Part shown: piece by piece, positions 59,336-64,000 of the stretch
Layout of the letters: every line of letters begins with the position of its first letter
Numbering within the stretch: the first letter of the stretch is position 1
Source of the DNA: Patescibacteria group bacterium
GTDB taxonomy: Bacteria > Patescibacteriota > Patescibacteriia > UBA9934
Assembly: GCA_018062825.1 (NCBI GenBank)
Contig: JAGORL010000001.1
Span: forward strand, 125,432 to 189,431
Direction of reading: 5' to 3'
Length of the DNA: 64,000 nt
Notes under the pieces: model-generated
What the model was told of the DNA's origin: nothing
Seen by the model: the letters and a program-made list of their open reading frames with translations, nothing else
Databases searched by the model: none
Program-made: the position numbers and the translations under genes

Positions 59336-60958
59336 ATGGCTGAACGCCGATATCTGTTCGTGGTTGGGGGAGTGATGAGTGGTGTGGGAAAGGGTACCTG
59401 TGCGGCGTCTTTAGGCGCCGTCCTTCAGGGCCTGGGATATTCGGTGACTGCCGTAAAAATCGACCCGTATATCAACGTCGATGCCGGAACAATGAATCCA
59501 GTGGAACACGGAGAAGTGTTCGTAACTGCCGATGGTGATGAAACAGACCAAGACATCGGCAATTATGAACGCTTTTTGAATAGGGATATCTTGTCAGTCA
59601 ACTACATGACGACCGGTCGGGTGTATCTCTCCGTTATTGAGAAAGAGCGTAATTTAGCATACGGCGGTCGCACAGTGCAGGTAGTGCCTGATGTTCCAGA
59701 AGAAGTGATTAGTCGAATTGAAAAAGCAGCTGAAGAAGCTGACGCTGAATTTACGCTTGTTGAGATCGGCGGAACCGTTGGTGAGTACGAGAACATCCTT
59801 TTCCTAGAAGCCGCGCGTTTGCTTCAGCATAAATACCCAGATCGTGTTCGTAATATTCTCGTAAGTTACTTACCGGTGCCTAGTGCGGTTGGTGAAATGA
59901 AAACCAAGCCAACGCAGCAGGCGGTGCGCCTGATGATGACTGCCGGACTCATGCCCCACTTTGTCATTGGCCGTGCAGATACCGCCATTGATGAGCCGCG
60001 TAAGCGTAAGCTTGCCATGTTTAGTAACGTGCAGGCAGAGAGCGTCATCGCTTCACCAAATGTATCCTCGGTTTATGAAGTGCCGCTAATTTTTGACGAT
60101 CAACAGTTTGGTCAAAAAGTTTTACAGTCATTTGGTCTAGTAGCAAAAGGGGAGGGAATTGCTCCGTGGCGAAATTTTGTTGAGCAGATTAAAGGGGTTA
60201 AGACCGAAGTGAAGATTGGCGTTTTAGGAAAGTATTTCTCAACCGGCAATTTTACGTTATCCGATGCCTATATTTCAGTTATCGAGGCGTTGAAGCACGC
60301 TGCTTGGTCGGTGGGCAAGAAGCCGGCGCTTGTTTGGTTGAATAGTGAAGAGTACGAGTCGCATCCCGAAAAGCTTGAAGAGCTTCGCGGTTTGCATGGC
60401 GTCGTTGTTCCGGGTGGCTTTGGCTCGCGTGGTATTGAAGGCAAAATCGCTGCTATTCGCTTCTGTCGTGAAAACAAGATTCCATACCTTGGCCTATGTT
60501 ACGGCATGCAGTGTGCTGTTATTGAGTACGCGCGTAACGTTGCCGGCCTAGCGGGCGCTCATACAACAGAGATCGATCAAAAATCTCCACACCCCGTAAT
60601 TGATTTCATGTCAGGTCAGGAAGAAAACATAGAGAACAAAAAGTATGGCGGCACCATGCGTTTAGGTTCATACGCCTGCGCGCTCACGCCGGGTTCTATA
60701 GCGGCTAGCGCTTACGCTAAGGATCTCATTCACGAGCGCCACCGTCACCGCTACGAGTTCAATAATGCCTATAGGGAGCAATTGGCAAAGGCTGGTCTTG
60801 TCTTCTCGGGCGTGAACCCGGATCGCGACCTTGTTGAGATCGTTGAGCTCAAAGATCATCCATTTTTCGTGGGTGTTCAGTTTCATCCAGAATTTCTTTC
60901 TCGACCACTCCATCCACATCCACTCTTTGTCGCCTTTATTCGTGCCATGAAGATCTAG
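59336..60958 (+). CDS. pyrG: CTP synthase
   Basis: YLFVVGGVMSGVGKG...DPYINVDAGTM; glutamine amidotransferase GLCYGMQ ... H.E catalytic residues. Confidence 0.95.
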   Translation: MAERRYLFVVGGVMSGVGKGTCAASLGAVLQGLGYSVTAVKIDPYINVDAGTMNPVEHGEVFVTADGDETDQDIGNYERFLNRDILSVNYMTTGRVYLSVIEKERNLAYGGRTVQVVPDVPEEVISRIEKAAEEADAEFTLVEIGGTVGEYENILFLEAARLLQHKYPDRVRNILVSYLPVPSAVGEMKTKPTQQAVRLMMTAGLMPHFVIGRADTAIDEPRKRKLAMFSNVQAESVIASPNVSSVYEVPLIFDDQQFGQKVLQSFGLVAKGEGIAPWRNFVEQIKGVKTEVKIGVLGKYFSTGNFTLSDAYISVIEALKHAAWSVGKKPALVWLNSEEYESHPEKLEELRGLHGVVVPGGFGSRGIEGKIAAIRFCRENKIPYLGLCYGMQCAVIEYARNVAGLAGAHTTEIDQKSPHPVIDFMSGQEENIENKKYGGTMRLGSYACALTPGSIAASAYAKDLIHERHRHRYEFNNAYREQLAKAGLVFSGVNPDRDLVEIVELKDHPFFVGVQFHPEFLSRPLHPHPLFVAFIRAMKI

Positions 60959-60965
60959 GGTATAT

Positions 60966-60995
60966 AAAAACGAGACTCTTGTGAGTCTCGTTTTT
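60966..60995. terminator. bidirectional rho-independent terminator between pyrG (+) and rpmA (-)
   Basis: AAAAACGAGACTC-ttgt-GAGTCTCGTTTTT. Confidence 0.85.
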
Positions 60996-61012
60996 ATTGT
61001 GCCGTGTTTGTG

Positions 61013-61285
61013 TTAAACAACGGAAACGTAGGTGCGCAGCTTGAGCGCGCCAATGAAGTTTGGTGAGCGCTTCTTCATGAACTTCACAACGCCTACCTTG
61101 GTAGCGTAAATAGTGAAATCCTTACCAGCGAGAACACCAGTACCTGGATGAACCTTAGATCCACGCTGACGAATGATGATTTCGCCAGTCTGAACCTTTT
61201 GGCCATCAGAGCGCTTAACGCCCAGGCGCTTGGCCTGCGAGTCGCGCCCGTTTCGTGTAGATCCTTGGGCTAATTTTGTTGCCAT
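61013..61285 (-). CDS. rpmA: 50S ribosomal protein L27
   Basis: [25 protein letters not shown]...[13 protein letters not shown] canonical L27. Confidence 0.85.
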   Translation of the reverse strand: MATKLAQGSTRNGRDSQAKRLGVKRSDGQKVQTGEIIIRQRGSKVHPGTGVLAGKDFTIYATKVGVVKFMKKRSPNFIGALKLRTYVSVV

Positions 61286-61331
61286 ACAGAGAATTCTAGA
61301 GCCGCCAAAAGAGGGCGACCGAACGGCGGGT

Positions 61332-61360
61332 AGAGTACCGTTTTCCCGAAAATTCGTCAA
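61332..61360 (-). promoter_or_regulatory. putative rpmA promoter (TTGACG-17-TACTCT)
   Basis: minus strand cTTGACGaattttcgggaaaacggTACTCT about 45 nt upstream of rpmA ATG. Confidence 0.4.
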
Positions 61361-61369
61361 GGATTAGCC

Positions 61370-61399
61370 TTGTAGCAAGTGGGGAAAACGGGGTATACT
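61370..61399 (+). promoter_or_regulatory. putative promoter (TTGTAG-18-TATACT) ending 5 nt before the nifU-like ATG (possible leaderless mRNA)
   Basis: TTGTAGcaagtggggaaaacggggTATACTacccATG. Confidence 0.3.
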
Positions 61400-61403
61400 A
61401 CCC

Positions 61404-61640
61404 ATGTCTATGCGCGAAAAGGTAGAAGCGGTACTTGAAGATGTGCGCAAAGCCTTGCGTTTACACGCTGGCGGCATTGAGCTCGTTTCCCTGGATGAGG
61501 CGGCTGGTCGGGTTGAGGTGCGCCTAACGGGCACCTGCGACGGCTGTGCGCTAGCTAAGGTAACTCTAAAGCAAGGGGTAGAGACAGCCCTAGCTCGAGC
61601 TATTCCAGAGATTCGAGAGGTGGTGGCTCAAAACGTTTAG
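61404..61640 (+). CDS. NifU-like (Nfu C-terminal domain) Fe-S cluster protein
   Basis: GGIELVSLDEAAGRVEVRLTGTCDGCA...TLKQGVE (C..C motif). Confidence 0.8.
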   Translation: MSMREKVEAVLEDVRKALRLHAGGIELVSLDEAAGRVEVRLTGTCDGCALAKVTLKQGVETALARAIPEIREVVAQNV

Positions 61641-61641
61641 C

Positions 61642-62022
61642 ATGATCAAGACAACATCTTTCGCAAAAGAGCTTGTCGCAACACCTGTTCGCAGGGTGTC
61701 ACTTGGTGTTTCTTTGGTTTTGCTTGTTATTTCCGGGGCGGTGCCGGCATGGCGTATCTTGCCAATAGTGCAAGGCAGGGAAGCGGTGCCGCTTCACTAT
61801 AACGTGCACATCGGTGTTGATTGGATTGGGCCGTGGTGGTTTATCTTTACCCCTGTGGTGACCGGTGCGCTTTTCATGATTATTAACATCATTGCCATAC
61901 GCCTTGTTTGGCGCAAGGAGCCGCAGCTTGCTAGTTTGATCGCTGTGCAGACCATGGTTGTGCAGTTACTCCTCCTCATCGCTTCAATATTCGTTGTCCT
62001 TTTGAATGTCTCATATGGTTGA
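61642..62022 (+). CDS. hypothetical membrane protein
   Basis: 126 aa, 3-4 hydrophobic helices, tightly packed between nifU-like and mraY. Confidence 0.3.
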   Translation: MIKTTSFAKELVATPVRRVSLGVSLVLLVISGAVPAWRILPIVQGREAVPLHYNVHIGVDWIGPWWFIFTPVVTGALFMIINIIAIRLVWRKEPQLASLIAVQTMVVQLLLLIASIFVVLLNVSYG

Positions 62023-63070
62023 TCCTTTGTCCCTCATTAAAATACTCACGCTGACCACGCTTGCTTTCGTGGTGGCGGTTATTTGGACGCCGGTACTTAC
62101 CCACATTTTGTATAAGTATCGCCTAGGAAAAAGCATCAGAAGCGCGGTCACCGCGCCTATGTTTGCTGAACTCCATAAAAAGAAAGCTGGAGTACCAACA
62201 ATGGGGGGTGTTCTTATTTGGATTACGGTACTTGTTCTTGGCGTGGTCTTTGCGGCAATCGCAGCTCTTTTTCCGGAGTCGCCAATTGCATCATTAAATT
62301 TCCTCACGCGTTCACAGACCTGGTTGCCACTTGGCGCGCTCGTTGCTGCTGGTGTTGTTGGACTTGCAGATGACTTCATGAACGTTTTTAAGATTGGCCC
62401 GCAGGGTGGAGGTGTGCACTTCCGTATTCGCCTGCTCCTGTACGCGATTATTGCTGCAATTGGGGCGTGGTGGTTCTTTGTAAAGTTGGAGTGGAATACG
62501 CTCGCCATTCCTTTATATGGAGATGTTAGTATCGGTTGGCTATACATCCCATTTTTCATCCTTGTTATTGTGGGTACGTCGTTTTCAGTTAATCAAACCG
62601 ACGGTCTTGATGGCTTGGCCGGCGGCACCCTTGCTAGTGCCTTTGCCGCCTTTGCCATCATCGCGCTCATGCAGGGTAGGTATGATCTCGCCGCTTTCTG
62701 TGGCGTGATCGTTGGCGCTCTCTTAGCATTTCTCTGGTTCAATATTTACCCAGCACGTTTCATCATGGGAGATACGGGCGCGATGAGTATGGGGGTTACT
62801 CTTGGCATTGTGGCAATGCTCACAAATTCAGCCCTCTTGCTGCCGATTATCGGTTTTGTTTTTGTTATTGAAACGGTCACCACATTTATCCAGATCTTCT
62901 CAAAGAAGGTTTTTGGAAAGAAGGTCTTTCTCATTGCGCCCATTCATCACCACTTTGAGGCAAAGGGCTGGCCTGAGCCTAAGGTGGTCATGCGTTTCTG
63001 GGTTATTTCCTGGATTGGTGCTGGACTTGGATTAATCGTAGCGCTCCTTGATTTAGCGCTTCGCGGATAG
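62006..63070 (+). CDS. mraY: phospho-N-acetylmuramoyl-pentapeptide transferase
   Basis: GLADDFMNV, NQTDGLDGLAGG, MGDTGAMSMG, PIHHHFE motifs. Confidence 0.9.
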   Translation: MSHMVDPLSLIKILTLTTLAFVVAVIWTPVLTHILYKYRLGKSIRSAVTAPMFAELHKKKAGVPTMGGVLIWITVLVLGVVFAAIAALFPESPIASLNFLTRSQTWLPLGALVAAGVVGLADDFMNVFKIGPQGGGVHFRIRLLLYAIIAAIGAWWFFVKLEWNTLAIPLYGDVSIGWLYIPFFILVIVGTSFSVNQTDGLDGLAGGTLASAFAAFAIIALMQGRYDLAAFCGVIVGALLAFLWFNIYPARFIMGDTGAMSMGVTLGIVAMLTNSALLLPIIGFVFVIETVTTFIQIFSKKVFGKKVFLIAPIHHHFEAKGWPEPKVVMRFWVISWIGAGLGLIVALLDLALRG

Positions 63071-63072
63071 CT

Positions 63073-64000
63073 ATGCGAGATGGAGGACGCAATTGGCCAG
63101 ATCTACCATTTGCTGCGCTCGCTGGCGCGCTCGTGCTTTTTGGTCTGATCATGCTTACTTCAGCTTCATGGCCACTAGGCTTTGATCGCTTCCACGACGG
63201 CGCGTATTTCGTAAAACATCAAATCCTTTTCGGTCTTTTACCGGGACTTGTTGGCTTCACTGCCGCGTACATGATCCCGTATCAGCAGTATCGCAAGTGG
63301 GCTTTGCCACTGTTTGCCTTTTCGGTCTTGCTCTTGCTCCTTGTGTTTGTGCCGGGCGTTGGTGCTGAATTCGGTACTTCTCGTAGTTGGATTTCTATCG
63401 CTGGCATCTCTGCTCAGCCGTCAGAGATCGTAAAGCTGACCTTTCTGATTTATTTGGCGGCCTGGTCGGAAAGTCGAGCAGGAAATGCCATGCGCGATAG
63501 GGAAGCGAGCCTTATTCCTTTCGTGCTCTCGCTTGGTGCTATTGTGGCACTGCTTCTTGCGCAGCCAGATACCGGGTCAATGCTCATTATCGCCTGTATG
63601 GCGATGGCGGTATATTTTGTGGCCGGGGCACCGGTTGGTCGTTTTATTGGATTCTCGGCCATCGCGGCTCTTGGCGGATTGTTGCTCTACAAAATTTCTC
63701 CCTACCGTGCCGCGCGTTTTACAACGTTCCTGCACCCAGAATTAGACCCACAAGGTATTGGCTATCATATTAACCAGGCACTTCTTGCTATTGGTTCAGG
63801 TGGAGTATTTGGCCGAGGATATGGGCACAGCTTGCAGAAGTTCCAGTACTTACCAGAAGTTGCAGGAGATTCAATCTTTGCGGTTATCGCCGAAGAGCTT
63901 GGTTTTTTCCTGACAGCCGGATTTATAGCTCTCTATGTCGCGTTTCTTTTTGCGGGCATCAGGATTGCTGAGCGCGCCCCGGATCTATTTGGAAGATTCT
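63073..64000 (+). CDS. ftsW: SEDS-family peptidoglycan polymerase FtsW/RodA (3' end beyond window; not in supplied ORF track because no stop is reached)
   Basis: manual translation from ATG 63073: MRDGGRNWPDLPFAALAGALVLFGLIMLTSAS...PSEIVKL...GIGYHINQALLAIGSGGVFGRGYGHSLQKFQYLPEVAGDSIFAVIAEELGF. Confidence 0.85.
   Translation, partial: MRDGGRNWPDLPFAALAGALVLFGLIMLTSASWPLGFDRFHDGAYFVKHQILFGLLPGLVGFTAAYMIPYQQYRKWALPLFAFSVLLLLLVFVPGVGAEFGTSRSWISIAGISAQPSEIVKLTFLIYLAAWSESRAGNAMRDREASLIPFVLSLGAIVALLLAQPDTGSMLIIACMAMAVYFVAGAPVGRFIGFSAIAALGGLLLYKISPYRAARFTTFLHPELDPQGIGYHINQALLAIGSGGVFGRGYGHSLQKFQYLPEVAGDSIFAVIAEELGFFLTAGFIALYVAFLFAGIRIAERAPDLFGRF

Overview
The backbone of this 64 kb window is about 50% GC and gene-dense. 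Genes are short, often overlap at stop/start, and run in operon-like strings. Housekeeping genes present: eno-gap, NDH-2, pgk, lepB, hisS, rpsU, yqeY, hflX, ybeY-dgkA, ftsA-ftsZ, nrdR, pyk, rplT-rpmI-infC, smpB with an adjacent tmRNA, lexA-dinB, metK, ppiB, xseAB, two GT2 glycosyltransferases, ctpA, a NUDIX gene, rplI, pyrG, rpmA, nifU-like, mraY and ftsW. This gene set, together with two consecutive secreted proteins carrying the 'MT[AS]GG.[DE]EKV.RAK' two-helix N-terminal module that I recall as the T4SS-pilin-like domain enriched in CPR/Patescibacteria, is consistent with a reduced CPR-like genome (inference, not verified).

Three parts of the window stand out.

1. Surface locus, 8.8-22.4 kb. 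A 600 aa and a 3104 aa secreted protein are followed by three paralogous single-pass membrane proteins with acidic DxDxDG calcium-binding tails. The giant protein carries IPT/TIG-like repeats, two blocks of CGDG..EECDDGN..GDGCS..C cysteine repeats and a C-terminal vWA/MIDAS domain.

2. Accessory region, 28.4-36.5 kb, around a minus-strand tRNA-Asp(GUC). It lies between conserved core genes (pyk/cupredoxin-like on one side, rplT on the other). It holds a C-type-lectin-like secreted protein, an HD-like protein, a GIY-YIG nuclease and a P-loop kinase-like protein. It also holds a 3.7 kb segment at roughly 65-70% GC with a tandemly duplicated two-gene cassette: a stand-alone CheY-like receiver plus a single-pass membrane protein with a 4-Cys extracytoplasmic domain. 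A family of four near-identical terminator hairpins (CAAAACAAAACAACGCC...GGCGTTGTTTTG) punctuates the region.

3. A second GC-rich segment, 42.1-44.8 kb. It has a near-consensus sigma70 promoter, a long structured leader and two paralogous signal-peptide + coiled-coil + beta-rich proteins.

Other points: the tmRNA is overlapped by spurious ORF calls; the lexA-small ORF-dinB SOS cassette has a GTTC-N7-GTTC direct-repeat box; a ~370 nt structured intergenic region at 48.3-48.7 kb is a candidate ncRNA. I saw no CRISPR array and no obvious transposase. Refined start coordinates were counted by hand and may be off by 1-3 nt. All family assignments come from recognising motifs in the supplied translations; no database search was run.
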